A program made the translations under genes and the position numbers. The notes below the pieces were generated by a model, which did not search any database, had not been told where the DNA came from, and saw only the letters and a list, made by a program, of their open reading frames with translations. A DNA stretch of 64,000 bases from a candidate division FCPU426 bacterium (GTDB lineage: Bacteria > Oederibacteriota > Muellerivitia > Muellerivitales > Muellerivitaceae): positions 21,138-85,137 of the forward strand of contig CAWKAR010000041.1 of assembly GCA_963847625.1 (NCBI GenBank). Direction: 5' to 3'. Shown here piece after piece: positions 28,379 through 38,725 of the stretch (the stretch's first letter is position 1; each line of letters begins with the position of its first letter).

Positions 28379-29908
28379 ATGCGCCAACAATTTGGAATGA
28401 ACCAAAAGATGCAGCAACGGATGATCATGACGCCCATGCTGCAGTTGGCCATGAAAATTCTACAGCTTTCGACCCTGGAGCTTAAGGAATGGGTTGAAAA
28501 GGAAATGACCGAGAATCCGGTCCTGGAAGAGGATAACGAAGAAGCCCCTCCCGAGACAGCCGGGGAAAAAAGCATATCCCCTACGATTACGAACATGACC
28601 GAGGAGGCTCCCCTGCCGGACCAGGACATCAACCTGGAAAAAATGAAACAGACCCGCCAGGCGGATTTGGTGGAGAACCTGAGGGAAGGGGACCAGTTTA
28701 AGAACGGGACCTGGGAACTTTACAACGAGAGCGAGGAATATGACGGCGCCGGGGAGGGCTCCTGGGGGAGTAATGAGGATTCACAGGGGATGCAGGAAAA
28801 GCGTGACTTTATGGAGGCCTCCATCAGCCGCGCCCAAACCCTCGCCGAAAGCCTGGAATGGCAGCTGATGATGACTTCCCGGAATGAAGAGGAAAAAAAC
28901 CTGGGAAAAGTCCTCATCGGCAACTTGGACGTGCACGGTTACTTGACCGAAACGATTGAAAACATTGCCGCGACTCAGAAGGTTTCCCCGGGAAAGATCG
29001 AGAAAATCCTAAAGTTGATCCAATCCTTCGACCCGCCCGGCGTAGGGGCCCGGGACTTGCGCGAATGTCTGCTGCTCCAGCTGGAAATCCGAAAGGGTGA
29101 AATCGCCCAAAAGGCCTACCAAATTGTCCGGGATCATTTCGAGGACATGGAAAAAAAACGTTATCACCCGATCCTGCGGGCCCTGCAATGCACCGAGGAG
29201 CAGCTCCGGGAAATCCTGGCTTATATCGGCACTCTGGAACCCAAGCCTGGCCGCTCCTTTGAGGAAGAGGACACCAAATATGTGACGCCCGACGTGAGTA
29301 TCCGCAAGATCGAAGGGGAATACGTGGTTGTCCTCAACGACGAGCCGGTGCCAAAGCTTCATATCTCCTCCTATTATCGCAAGCTCATGAAGGACAAATC
29401 CTCCCTGGGGAGCAAGGAAACCAAGAAATTCCTGGAGGGGAAAATCCAATCAGCCGTTTGGCTTATTAAAAATATCGAACAGCGCCGCAAGACCATTTAC
29501 CGTGTCACGGAGGTCATTTTTAGGATTCAAAGGGAATTTCTCGAGAACGGCGTCAGCGGTTTAAAACCTCTCACGTTGAAACAAGTGGCTGACATGGTCG
29601 GAATGCATGAGTCCACTGTGAGCCGGGTGACCACCCATAAATACGTCCAAACCGAACGGGGTCTTTTCGAGTTGAAATATTTTTTTTCCAGCGGATTGGA
29701 ATCATCCAACGGGATGGATGTGTCCTCCCTCTCAGTCAAGCAGAAAATCAAGGAGATGGTGGAACAGGAAAGCTCCCAGAAACCCTACTCGGACCAGAAG
29801 ATCATGCAAGTATTGAATGGACAGGGCCTTTCTATCGCCCGCCGTACCATCGCCAAGTACCGGGAGGAATTGAAAATTCCCCCAGCTTCTCAACGCCGAA
29901 AACTGTGA
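28379..29908 (+). CDS. rpoN: RNA polymerase sigma-54
   Basis: Gln-rich region I, NPVLE, PPGVGARDLRECL, HESTVSR, RpoN box ARRTIAKYRE. Confidence 0.97.
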   Translation: MRQQFGMNQKMQQRMIMTPMLQLAMKILQLSTLELKEWVEKEMTENPVLEEDNEEAPPETAGEKSISPTITNMTEEAPLPDQDINLEKMKQTRQADLVENLREGDQFKNGTWELYNESEEYDGAGEGSWGSNEDSQGMQEKRDFMEASISRAQTLAESLEWQLMMTSRNEEEKNLGKVLIGNLDVHGYLTETIENIAATQKVSPGKIEKILKLIQSFDPPGVGARDLRECLLLQLEIRKGEIAQKAYQIVRDHFEDMEKKRYHPILRALQCTEEQLREILAYIGTLEPKPGRSFEEEDTKYVTPDVSIRKIEGEYVVVLNDEPVPKLHISSYYRKLMKDKSSLGSKETKKFLEGKIQSAVWLIKNIEQRRKTIYRVTEVIFRIQREFLENGVSGLKPLTLKQVADMVGMHESTVSRVTTHKYVQTERGLFELKYFFSSGLESSNGMDVSSLSVKQKIKEMVEQESSQKPYSDQKIMQVLNGQGLSIARRTIAKYREELKIPPASQRRKL

Positions 29909-30048
29909 CAATAAGTCAGCTGTCAGCAATCAGCCAACGGTCCAAGACTTTTGACGCTGTCAATTCCTTTTTCCCAGTATTAACTCTTAATCCATCGCTT
30001 TCTAAAACAATACGAGGGTGGATGGACGATGGCTACTATTTCCGTGGA

Positions 30049-30076
30049 TTGACTTCCCCCTGTCGAATGTTAAAAT
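30049..30076 (+). promoter_or_regulatory. Sigma70 promoter for hpf
   Basis: TTGACT-N16-TAAAAT with extended -10 TG. Confidence 0.5.
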
Positions 30077-30153
30077 AACTTCTCTTTTTTCAAGCGTTCC
30101 GATAGAGAAACAAGCGACAGGGGGGTTTTTTGTTCAGGAAAACCGAGTCGACC

Positions 30154-30690
30154 ATGAAAATCCTCATCACGAGCCGCCATGAGAACTTAAGCGAGGGTTT
30201 AAAAGATCATATTGGGGGTAAAATCCAACGGGTGCAAAAATACCTGGGAAATATCCGTGAAGCCCACGTCATCCTGACCTTTGAGAAGAACCTGCATACG
30301 TGCGAAGTCACCCTGGCCGCCAAGCACCTCAAGCTGAGCGCCAAGGCTTCCTCCCGGGACATGTACCAGTCAATCGATTCCGCCCTGGAACGCTTGGAGA
30401 AACAGGCCAGAAAACAAAAAGAAAAGCGGGTGGAAAGACGCCACTTCGAGGAAGGACAGGCCCTTTCCGTCGTTCATGGATTGATTTCGACCCCGTTGGA
30501 AGGGGAGGAAATCGAAGTCATTAAGGCCAAGAGATTTGAAATCAAGCCTATGACGGTGGAGGAAGCTGCCCTTCAACTTGCCAATTCAAAGAACGAATTT
30601 CTTGTTTTTTTCGACGCGGAAACCGATAAAACCAGCGTTGTTTACAAAAGGAAGGACAATCATATCGGCCTTATTTCGCCGGATTTTTAA
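30154..30690 (+). CDS. hpf: Ribosome hibernation promoting factor (long HPF)
   Basis: ITSRHENLSEGLK, DMYQSID...LEKQ, C-terminal KPMTVEEA...VVYKRKD. Confidence 0.93.
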   Translation: MKILITSRHENLSEGLKDHIGGKIQRVQKYLGNIREAHVILTFEKNLHTCEVTLAAKHLKLSAKASSRDMYQSIDSALERLEKQARKQKEKRVERRHFEEGQALSVVHGLISTPLEGEEIEVIKAKRFEIKPMTVEEAALQLANSKNEFLVFFDAETDKTSVVYKRKDNHIGLISPDF

Positions 30691-30756
30691 ATTGGAGATT
30701 TTTTTCAAAAAAATGTTTCACCATAGTTTTAACCATATAGGTGGGGAGGAATAGGA

Positions 30757-31221
30757 ATGCAAATTCTGGATTTTTTAGCGATTGATGCCATTAAAATGTC
30801 CTTGGAGTCCAAGAATAAGAAGGATGTTATCAAGGAATTGGTGGAATTGCTGGTGAAAACCGGCAAGGTGAAGGATAAGAAAAAAATGGTTCAAACGCTG
30901 GTGGAAAGGGAGGAACTGGGCTCCACTGGCATCGGCCAGGGGATCGCCATCCCCCATGGCAAATCGGACACGGTTACGGACCTGGCGGCAGCGTTCGGGC
31001 TTTCCGCCGAGGGAATCAGTTTCGACTCTTTGGATGGGGAACCGGTCAATATTTTTTTCTTACTGGTAGCCCCGGAAGGGGCGGCGGGAGCCCACCTGAA
31101 GGCTCTTGCCCGGATTTCCAGTCTTTTAAAGGATAAGTATTTTCGTAAGACCCTGCTCGTGGCGAAAACCCCCGAAGAAGTGGTTAAAATCATCCAAGAG
31201 GAAGAAAAGTTAAAGCACTAA
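30757..31221 (+). CDS. ptsN: PTS EIIA (Ntr/fructose-type)
   Basis: REELGSTGIGQGIAIPH; HLKALARIS. Confidence 0.92.
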   Translation: MQILDFLAIDAIKMSLESKNKKDVIKELVELLVKTGKVKDKKKMVQTLVEREELGSTGIGQGIAIPHGKSDTVTDLAAAFGLSAEGISFDSLDGEPVNIFFLLVAPEGAAGAHLKALARISSLLKDKYFRKTLLVAKTPEEVVKIIQEEEKLKH

Positions 31222-31330
31222 ATCCCGTAATCAGCGGCTACCCTCCGCTTCGAGCCTTTTCGGGTTTCCCCCGAAACAGGTCTTCGGGGCTAAAAAATTC
31301 AAATGCGTTGAAAATTTCCGGGGAAATCTT

Positions 31331-32305
31331 ATGAAAAAAATATCGGTGGAAGCTCTCTTCCAACAGGCCAAGGAAAGGCTCCGCCTTTTACCTCTGGTCG
31401 AAGAAGGCATGGCCGACCGCTACATCGTCAGCGTGGACATCAACCGAATGGGAATGGCCCTGACCGGTTATCTCAAGTGGTTCGCTTACGAAAGGCTCCA
31501 GGTCATCGGCAAAACCGAGATCCATTACTTGGGCACCTTGAAGCCCGCCACGCGCAAGAAAATTTTCAAAGCCCTTCTCTCTTACCGCTTGCCTTGCATC
31601 GTGGTCACTCACAAGATGAAACCCCCGGCTGAGATGGTGTCGGAGGCCCGGAAACAAAAAATCCCCATCTTCACCACCCCCACCCCGACCACCAAGTTCG
31701 TTTCCGAGATCTCGGTTTTCCTGGAGGAGGAGTTCGCCCCTGAGACCACCATTCACGGCACCCTGCTGGATGTTTATGGCGTGGGAGTGCTCCTCCTGGG
31801 GGATTCCGGTATCGGCAAGAGTGAGTGCGCCCTGGAACTGGTCGAACGGGGACACCGGCTCGTGGCGGACGACCTGGTTTACATTAAACGCATGGCCCAG
31901 CGAATCCTCATGGGTTCCCGTTCGGAGATCATCAAGCACCATATGGAGATCCGGGGCCTGGGTATCATCAATATCGAAAGCCTCTTCGGGGTGGGGGCCA
32001 TCCGCGATAAAAAACGCATCGAACTCGTCATCCGATTGGAGGAATGGAACAATAAAAAGGAATACGACCGGATTGGGCTGACGCCCGCCTCACACAAGAT
32101 TTTCGACGTGGAAATTCCCACTTTCGTCATACCGGTTCGTCCCGGCCGTAACCTGGCGGTCATCATTGAGGTCGCCGCCATGAATAACCGCCTGATGAAG
32201 CTGGGCTATTTCACCGCCCAAGAATTCGCCGACCGGGTCACCCGTATCATGGTGGAGGAATCCTCCAGCAAAAACGGCCCCCCTCGCAAGGAAATCAGTG
32301 AATGA
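31331..32305 (+). CDS. hprK: HPr kinase/phosphorylase
   Basis: GDSGIGKSE, LVADD, EIRGLGII, PGRNLA. Confidence 0.96.
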   Translation: MKKISVEALFQQAKERLRLLPLVEEGMADRYIVSVDINRMGMALTGYLKWFAYERLQVIGKTEIHYLGTLKPATRKKIFKALLSYRLPCIVVTHKMKPPAEMVSEARKQKIPIFTTPTPTTKFVSEISVFLEEEFAPETTIHGTLLDVYGVGVLLLGDSGIGKSECALELVERGHRLVADDLVYIKRMAQRILMGSRSEIIKHHMEIRGLGIINIESLFGVGAIRDKKRIELVIRLEEWNNKKEYDRIGLTPASHKIFDVEIPTFVIPVRPGRNLAVIIEVAAMNNRLMKLGYFTAQEFADRVTRIMVEESSSKNGPPRKEISE

Positions 32306-33570
32306 TTGGTTTCCGATGGCTTTACCCCGGCATACGCCTCAAGCGCTGGTTTTTCCTCCTGGCGCTCTCGGTTATCGTCCTCATGGTGGGTTTATCGGGC
32401 ACCATGAGCCGTTACACCTCAGGCCTGCATTACAATCCCCGTCCAATCCAGGAATTCAGCGAGCACCTCAAGCATCTTAAATTCGTCGATTTTCTTTTCA
32501 TCCTCCTGGCCATATCTGGCATTATCCTGGGAATCCGGAGGGCTATTTACGGAGTTCTGACCGTTCTGATTCCCACGCGGGAGAGAGATTTCATCAACAT
32601 CGCCCACAGCCGCTTGCGGTTGAAAAGGGGACCGCGAATCGTCGCGGTGGGCGGGGGAACGGGTCTTCCCAACGTTCTTTACAGCCTTAAGCACTACACC
32701 AGCAACCTCACGGCGGTAGTGACGGTCGCCGATGACGGCGGAAGCTCAGGCCGCCTGCGCCGCGATTTCAACACCCCACCGCCGGGAGATATCCGCAACT
32801 GTATTGTGGCACTCGCCGACCATGAAACCCTCCTCAACGGCCTGTTCCAATACCGCTTCAAGAGCCATGGAGACCTGAAAGGGCACAGTTTTGGAAATCT
32901 TTTCATCACCGTCATGAAGGAAATCACGGGTGATTTTGGAATGGCGGTGGAGGAATCGAGCCGCCTGTTCGCCACCCGGGGCACGGTCATGCCCGTGACC
33001 TTCGATCCCATGACTCTCCAAGCCAGGTTGAAAAACGGGAAATTAGTGACGGGGGAATCCAAGATTCCCCTTGGAAAGTCCCCCATCCAAAGGGTCCTGT
33101 TGAAGGAAAAAAAGATCCGGCCCAACAAGGACGTGTTGAAGGCCATTCTGGAGGCCGACGCCATTGTCTTCGGACCAGGAAGCCTCTTCACCAGCATTCT
33201 GCCCAACCTGCTGATCGAAGAAGTTGCCTCCACGATCGCCTTGTCCCGGGCCGTCAAGATCTACGTCTGCAACATCATGACACAGCCGGGCGAGACGGAT
33301 GGATACACCGTTTCAGACCATGTCCGGGTGTTTCTCGCCCATACTGCCCCGCATTTCATCCACTACGTTATCGCCAACAAGGAGGAAGTGCCTATTCCCC
33401 TTTTGGAGCGGTACTTGGTATCCCATCAGGAACCGGTGAAAATCGATGAGGAAGCAATCGAAAAATTGGGTGTCAAACTCGTCCAGGCGAATTTGTTGCA
33501 CCGAAAGGATTTTGTCCGGCACAGCCCGGAAAAACTTGGTAAAACCATTATACGCCGCTTGGTGATTTAA
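32302..33570 (+). CDS. yvcK: YvcK/GlmR (CofD-like) protein with N-terminal TM region
   Basis: GGGTGL, DDGGSSGRLR, PPGDIRN, GHSFGNL, GPGSLFTS, MTQPGET. Confidence 0.93.
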   Translation: MIGFRWLYPGIRLKRWFFLLALSVIVLMVGLSGTMSRYTSGLHYNPRPIQEFSEHLKHLKFVDFLFILLAISGIILGIRRAIYGVLTVLIPTRERDFINIAHSRLRLKRGPRIVAVGGGTGLPNVLYSLKHYTSNLTAVVTVADDGGSSGRLRRDFNTPPPGDIRNCIVALADHETLLNGLFQYRFKSHGDLKGHSFGNLFITVMKEITGDFGMAVEESSRLFATRGTVMPVTFDPMTLQARLKNGKLVTGESKIPLGKSPIQRVLLKEKKIRPNKDVLKAILEADAIVFGPGSLFTSILPNLLIEEVASTIALSRAVKIYVCNIMTQPGETDGYTVSDHVRVFLAHTAPHFIHYVIANKEEVPIPLLERYLVSHQEPVKIDEEAIEKLGVKLVQANLLHRKDFVRHSPEKLGKTIIRRLVI

Positions 33571-33587
33571 GGGCGGAAAGGACTAAA

Positions 33588-34004
33588 ATGATCGGAATTG
33601 TATTAGCCACGCACGGAGATTTTGGGAATTCCCTCCTAGGAACCCTTCGGATGATCATGGGGGACGATTCGGGGGTGAAATCGGCGGCGCTTTTGAACGA
33701 GGATTCTCTGGAAACTTTCCAGGAAAAACTCGAAAAGGCTCTCTTGAATGCCGATCCCGCGGACAAGGGGTCGCTGGTGTTGGTCGATATGTTGGGGGGC
33801 ACTCCCTTTAACGTCGCAGTGCAGATGGCCCGCAGGAAAAAAATCCGGGTGATCACGGGGGTCAACCTTCCCATGCTCATCAAGATCATCTCCCACCGGG
33901 ACGCGACGGATTTGGAGGCCCTGATGGGGGATGTTCAAAAGGCAGCCCGGGAAGGCATCGTGACGACGGAAGATTTATTCAAAAAGAATAGCGGAACGGA
34001 ATAA
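33588..34004 (+). CDS. Mannose-family PTS EIIA
   Basis: IVLATHG, DMLGGTPFN, TGVNLPML. Confidence 0.93.
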   Translation: MIGIVLATHGDFGNSLLGTLRMIMGDDSGVKSAALLNEDSLETFQEKLEKALLNADPADKGSLVLVDMLGGTPFNVAVQMARRKKIRVITGVNLPMLIKIISHRDATDLEALMGDVQKAAREGIVTTEDLFKKNSGTE

Positions 34005-34028
34005 TCAAGCGCATAAGAAGGGGGGGCC

Positions 34029-34514
34029 ATGGATATCCAATTGATCCGGGTGGACGATCGCCTTATCCACGGCCAGGTGGTTGTGGGATGGGTAAAAGCC
34101 CTTAACATCGGGCTCTTGGCGGTGGTCAATGACACCATCGCGGCCGATAAAATGCAAATAAACCTCATGCGGATGGCCGTGCCGTCGGGATTGAAAGTCG
34201 CCTTTTGGACCGTGGATCAAGCCGCGGAGGCTTGCCGCGAGGAGGCCTCCAAGGATCGGGCGCTGCTGCTATTTTCCAATCCAAGGGATGTTGTTTCTTT
34301 CACCGAAAAGGGAGGTTTTCTAACCTCGGTCAACGTGGGAGGAATGCACTTCTGCGAAGGCAAGAAGCAAGTCGCGAAAACCGTTTGTGTGGACGAGAAC
34401 GACATCCTGGCATTCCAAAGTTTGAAAGCGCGCGGCGTGGAGTTGGAAGTCCGCGCGGTTCCGGGGGACTTGAGGGAGTCTTTGGAAAAGTTCATTCCGG
34501 AGTTAAAAGTTTAA
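34029..34514 (+). CDS. Mannose-family PTS EIIB
   Basis: RVDDRLIHGQV, VNVGGM. Confidence 0.94.
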   Translation: MDIQLIRVDDRLIHGQVVVGWVKALNIGLLAVVNDTIAADKMQINLMRMAVPSGLKVAFWTVDQAAEACREEASKDRALLLFSNPRDVVSFTEKGGFLTSVNVGGMHFCEGKKQVAKTVCVDENDILAFQSLKARGVELEVRAVPGDLRESLEKFIPELKV

Positions 34515-34567
34515 GTTTACCGACATATCCACCCCTGCGTGGTAAGCGAGTTTATCAAGGGATTAAA

Positions 34568-36736
34568 ATGAAAAAATTGACCTTCATTTTCGGCGTCCAC
34601 AACCATCAGCCCGTGGGTAATTTTAGCCAGGTTTTTGAGACCCTTTACCGTCAATCCTACGAGCCCTTTCTGCGCGCGTTGAACCGCCATCCCGCCATTA
34701 AATGCACTTTTCATATCACAGGGTCCCTTTTGGAGTGGCTGGATGAAAACCGTCCCGAGTATATCCGGATCCTGCGCGAAATGGCCGACCGGGGGCAGAT
34801 CGAGTTTTTCACCGGCGGCATGTACGAGCCTATTCTGTCCATCCTGCCCGACCGGGACAAGCTGGGGCAAATCCGTATGATGACCCAATACCTGCGTGAA
34901 AAATTCAAAGCGGATGCCCGGGGCATGTGGATGGCTGAGCGGGTCTGGGAGCCCCACTTGACCAAGTCCCTCGCCGAAGCCGGTGTCCGATATGTTGTGG
35001 TAGACGACGCCCACTTCAAGGCGGTCGGCTTGACGGAAGAGGAGACTTTTTTCTATTACCTGATGGAGGAGCAGGGAGAAACCTGCGCGGTATTCCCCAT
35101 CTCCGAGAAAATGCGCTACCTGATGCCTTTCCGTTCGGTGGAGGAAAGCCTCCAATATATCCAGTCCGTTGCCACCGAGGAGGGGGACCGTTGCCTGGTT
35201 CTCATGGACGACGGGGAAAAGTTTGGCGGCTGGCCCGACACCTATAAATGGGTTTACGAGGACGGTTACCTGGAAAAATTTTTTGTCATGCTCGAACAAA
35301 ACGCCACCTGGCTCCAAAGTTCAACCTTTTCGGAGTTTGTTTCGACGCACCTGCCCCAGGGCCATTTAAGCCTTCCGACCGGTTCCTATACCGAGATGGG
35401 GGAATGGTCCCTTCCGGTGGAAGCTTCTCGGGAGTACGGGAACATCCGCCGCGGACTGAAGGAAAACGGCCAATTACCCCGCTTTGACCGTTTCTTAAAG
35501 GGAGGAATTTGGAGGAATTTCCTGGCGAAGTACGACGAAAGCAACCACCTTCATAAAAAATTGCTTTGGGTTTCATCGAAGTTGGAGGAGGCTCGACGAA
35601 CCCTGGGGAAAAAAGAAGACTCGAAGAAAAGGGCCGTGTTAGAAAAGGCGGAGCGAGCGCTTTACCGGGGCCAGTGCAATTGCGCCTATTGGCACGGAGT
35701 ATTCGGCGGTCTTTACTTGAATCATCTCCGGTTTGCTCTTTACCAAAACCTCATTGAGGCTGAAAAACTGGCGGATTCGATCCTGCCACTTCCTCCCAAG
35801 GGTTTCCGGGTGGACATCACCGATTTCAATAAAGACGGAAAAGACGAGATTATGATCACCAGCACCGGATATCACGTGGTATTGCAACCCTCGGCCGGCG
35901 GAACCCTGATCGAACTGGATTACCTCAAACGCCCCATCAACCTTTGCGACACCCTCACGCGCCGGAAGGAGGCTTATCATTCGCGTCTTCTGGAGCTGGC
36001 CCGGCAGAACCAAGGAGGAGGGGCCGTGTCCAGCATCCACGACATCTTGCGGACCAAGGAGCAAGGCCTGGAAAACCGTCTTTTCTACGATATGAACCGC
36101 CGCGCCAGTCTGGTGGATCGTTTTCTTTCCCGGCAAACCACTCCGGAGGACCTTTGGGCTTCCCGCGCAGGTGAAATTTCCGATTTCCTGAAAAACACAT
36201 ATGATTTCAAGGTGCTTGAACCCAAACGAAAGGGTGGAAATCTCACCGTCAGGATGTCCCGGCAGGGACAGGTCGAAGGGGCACCCCTCTATCTCGAAAA
36301 GAATCTGGAGTTCTCCCCCGGCGCTTTTAGTATGGATGCGGAGTACTCATTGGTAAACCGGGGAGACCATGAAATTCAGTTCCTTTGGATGGTTGAGTGG
36401 AACCTCACCCTTTTGGCCGGGGACGCTCCCGACCGGAACTATTTCGTGGCGGGACGCAGTCTGGCTTCCCCGAGGCTCAACAGCATGGGTGAGGAGACGG
36501 GAGTCCTTGAGATGGGCATGAGGGACGGTTGGCTGGGGATAGAAGTGAACTTCAAGACTGAAAAATCCGCCAGGTTCTGGAGATATCCGGTGGAGACCAT
36601 TTCCCAATCCGAGGGCGGCTTTGAGAGGGTGTACCAAGGGTCCTGCCTTCTGTTGGGTTGGAATATAGGATTGAAACCCGGGGAATCTTTTAAAAATTGC
36701 GTCAAGACGGAATTGAAGGAGACGAAGAATTCATGA
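34568..36736 (+). CDS. GH57 alpha-amylase/4-alpha-glucanotransferase (DUF1925/DUF1926 type)
   Basis: HNHQP, WMAERVWEP, DDGEKFG, SYTEMGEW, GQCNCAYWHGVFGGLY, SQSEGGFERVYQG. Confidence 0.93.
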   Translation: MKKLTFIFGVHNHQPVGNFSQVFETLYRQSYEPFLRALNRHPAIKCTFHITGSLLEWLDENRPEYIRILREMADRGQIEFFTGGMYEPILSILPDRDKLGQIRMMTQYLREKFKADARGMWMAERVWEPHLTKSLAEAGVRYVVVDDAHFKAVGLTEEETFFYYLMEEQGETCAVFPISEKMRYLMPFRSVEESLQYIQSVATEEGDRCLVLMDDGEKFGGWPDTYKWVYEDGYLEKFFVMLEQNATWLQSSTFSEFVSTHLPQGHLSLPTGSYTEMGEWSLPVEASREYGNIRRGLKENGQLPRFDRFLKGGIWRNFLAKYDESNHLHKKLLWVSSKLEEARRTLGKKEDSKKRAVLEKAERALYRGQCNCAYWHGVFGGLYLNHLRFALYQNLIEAEKLADSILPLPPKGFRVDITDFNKDGKDEIMITSTGYHVVLQPSAGGTLIELDYLKRPINLCDTLTRRKEAYHSRLLELARQNQGGGAVSSIHDILRTKEQGLENRLFYDMNRRASLVDRFLSRQTTPEDLWASRAGEISDFLKNTYDFKVLEPKRKGGNLTVRMSRQGQVEGAPLYLEKNLEFSPGAFSMDAEYSLVNRGDHEIQFLWMVEWNLTLLAGDAPDRNYFVAGRSLASPRLNSMGEETGVLEMGMRDGWLGIEVNFKTEKSARFWRYPVETISQSEGGFERVYQGSCLLLGWNIGLKPGESFKNCVKTELKETKNS

Positions 36737-37503
36737 TGTCCCACTGGTTGTCCATATCTCTCTTGCTCGCCTTTCTGGGCTTGGACGTGTCTGCGGTGGG
36801 CCAGTTTATGGTTTCCCGGCCCATTGTGGTGGGGCCTTTGGTTGGGCTGCTGACGGGACACGCGGATCTTGGCCTGGAATTGGGGGCGTTCGTAGAGCTC
36901 ATTTGGTCCGGGGATGTGCCGGTGGGTGCGCACCTGCCGCTTGATCTTTCCATGTTGGCTGGGCTATCGGTGGCATTCGCTTCCGAACTCGTGGGAGGGG
37001 CCTGCCCGAAGGAGGCCGCAGTGACTTATGCCTTGGGGGTGGCGATTCCCCTATCCGCCGTAAGCACGCATGTGGAAATTTTCCTCCGGAAGTTTCATGT
37101 CCGCTGGGTACACTTCGCCCAACGCATGGCCATGAATTCGCGCCTGAGAACCTTCGAATGGGTCAACTATATCGTGATCCTAGAACTTTTCTTGAAGGGA
37201 TTTCTGATGGCTTTCCTGGGCCTTCTCATAGAACATTGGACAGCCGGTATTTTCCATTCATTCCCGCCCCGGGTCATCGAGGGCCTTTATTATGCGAACT
37301 GGCTTCTTCTGGCCCTGGGTTGTTCGGCGGTCATTGACCTGGTGGTGGAAAAGAAAAATGTCCTTTGGCTGGTCCTCTCCATCGCCACGCTTCTGACACT
37401 GGCCCTGGTCTTTCGGGTCCAGGAAGTCTGGCTGGTGGCCTTGTCCCTCTTGGCCGGCTTCGTGGCCACTCTTTTTTTCCTGGGAAAGGGGGAGGCCACA
37501 TGA
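36733..37503 (+). CDS. Mannose-family PTS EIIC
   Basis: QFMVSRPIVVGPLVG...LGAFVELIW..VPVG; ATGA overlap with GH57. Confidence 0.88.
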   Translation: MMSHWLSISLLLAFLGLDVSAVGQFMVSRPIVVGPLVGLLTGHADLGLELGAFVELIWSGDVPVGAHLPLDLSMLAGLSVAFASELVGGACPKEAAVTYALGVAIPLSAVSTHVEIFLRKFHVRWVHFAQRMAMNSRLRTFEWVNYIVILELFLKGFLMAFLGLLIEHWTAGIFHSFPPRVIEGLYYANWLLLALGCSAVIDLVVEKKNVLWLVLSIATLLTLALVFRVQEVWLVALSLLAGFVATLFFLGKGEAT

Positions 37504-38387
37504 CCCCGGAAGAAAAACCTAAAATAAAATTCTCACTGGGATGGCTGACCCTGACCTCCGCGTTCCTTCGAACCTTCTTCATCCAAACTGTCTGGAATTT
37601 CGAACGTTATTTGAGCTATGGTTTCGCCTTCATCCTTCTTCCCGTTCTGAAACGAACCTGTCCGCCCGAGGAAAGAGGGCAAGCCCTGGCCCGTCATATG
37701 GATTATTTCAACACCCACCCCTATATGGCGTCTTTCCTCCTGGGAGCAGTCATACGGATGGAGGAGGAAAAACAGTCGGAACCGCGTTGGAAGCACAAGC
37801 TGAGGGACGAGGAGATCAGCGCCTTAAAAGTGGGCATGATGGGTCCACTGGCGGGAATGGGGGACAACCTTTTCTGGGCCACCATCCGTCCCTATTGTGG
37901 GTTGATCGCCATTTCTCTGGTTTTATCCCACGCCTTTCAGTTCAGGGGGCGTTTTTGGATTGTCCCACTGCTCTATCTTTTGGTGTTTAATGTGGTACAT
38001 GTGGGGATCCGTCTCCTGGGGTTCCTTCAAGGGTACAATAAGGGTGACCAAGTGGTTCTCAGCCTCCGCAAATACGGTTTTCAGGAAGCCATCCGGGGCT
38101 TGAGGCTGGCGTCCCTTTTGCTGTTATCGGTCCTGATCGTGATGGTAAATTTATCGGATTTGGATAAGGAACCGGGGCTTTTCGTGTTGAAATTGACTTT
38201 TTTTAGCGCAATCGTGGGTTTTTTTACCTTCGCTCTGCACCGGAAAATTAGTCCCTCACAGTTATTTTATACAGTTGTCTTATTCGCGCTGATGTTGGCT
38301 TTTTGGCCGGATCTGAGTTCCCCGCCCGTTTTGGACGGTGTTTCTCCGGGGGGTTCCAACACGATCCCCTCGGCCATGATGAAGTGA
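37500..38387 (+). CDS. Mannose-family PTS EIID
   Basis: WNFER, FNTHP, MMGPLAGMGDNLFW; GGAGG RBS. Confidence 0.92.
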   Translation: MTPEEKPKIKFSLGWLTLTSAFLRTFFIQTVWNFERYLSYGFAFILLPVLKRTCPPEERGQALARHMDYFNTHPYMASFLLGAVIRMEEEKQSEPRWKHKLRDEEISALKVGMMGPLAGMGDNLFWATIRPYCGLIAISLVLSHAFQFRGRFWIVPLLYLLVFNVVHVGIRLLGFLQGYNKGDQVVLSLRKYGFQEAIRGLRLASLLLLSVLIVMVNLSDLDKEPGLFVLKLTFFSAIVGFFTFALHRKISPSQLFYTVVLFALMLAFWPDLSSPPVLDGVSPGGSNTIPSAMMK

Positions 38388-38397
38388 AAGGGCTCCC

Positions 38398-38670
38398 ATG
38401 AAATTGAGCGATAAGATAACCGTGGTCAACAAATTGGGGTTGCATTTAAGAGCCGCCGCCGAACTGGTGAAGGTGGCCAACAAATTCAAGTGTCAAATCA
38501 CCATCCATCACGGGGTCCAGAATGTCAACGCCAAGAGCTTAATGGGCCTGATGACACTGGCTGCAGCCAAGGGAACCGAACTGGAGTTTCTGGCGGACGG
38601 GGAAGACGCCAAGGAGGCCCTGGCGGCCTTGAAACAGTTGGTGACGCAAAAATTCGGAGAAAAAGAGTGA
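38398..38670 (+). CDS. ptsH: Phosphocarrier HPr
   Basis: GLHLRAA (His15) and NAKSLMGL (Ser46). Confidence 0.95.
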   Translation: MKLSDKITVVNKLGLHLRAAAELVKVANKFKCQITIHHGVQNVNAKSLMGLMTLAAAKGTELEFLADGEDAKEALAALKQLVTQKFGEKE

Positions 38671-38725
38671 AACCATTTGACGGTTATGGGCGGAATAGAA
38701 GCCTAAACCTTTTTAGGAGATCCTA

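Noticed and set aside
29909..30153. 6S RNA or tRNA in the rpoN-hpf gap; short TCAGC heptamer-like repeats at 29915-29935
   Set aside because: No rod with a central bubble or cloverleaf could be built by eye; the repeats are too short to interpret.
34205..34567. N-terminal extension of the 843-aa GH57 ORF (similarly 20137-20538 for lpxL and 37365-37499 for EIID)
   Set aside because: Extensions overlap well-supported upstream genes in another frame; family homology starts at the downstream start codon.
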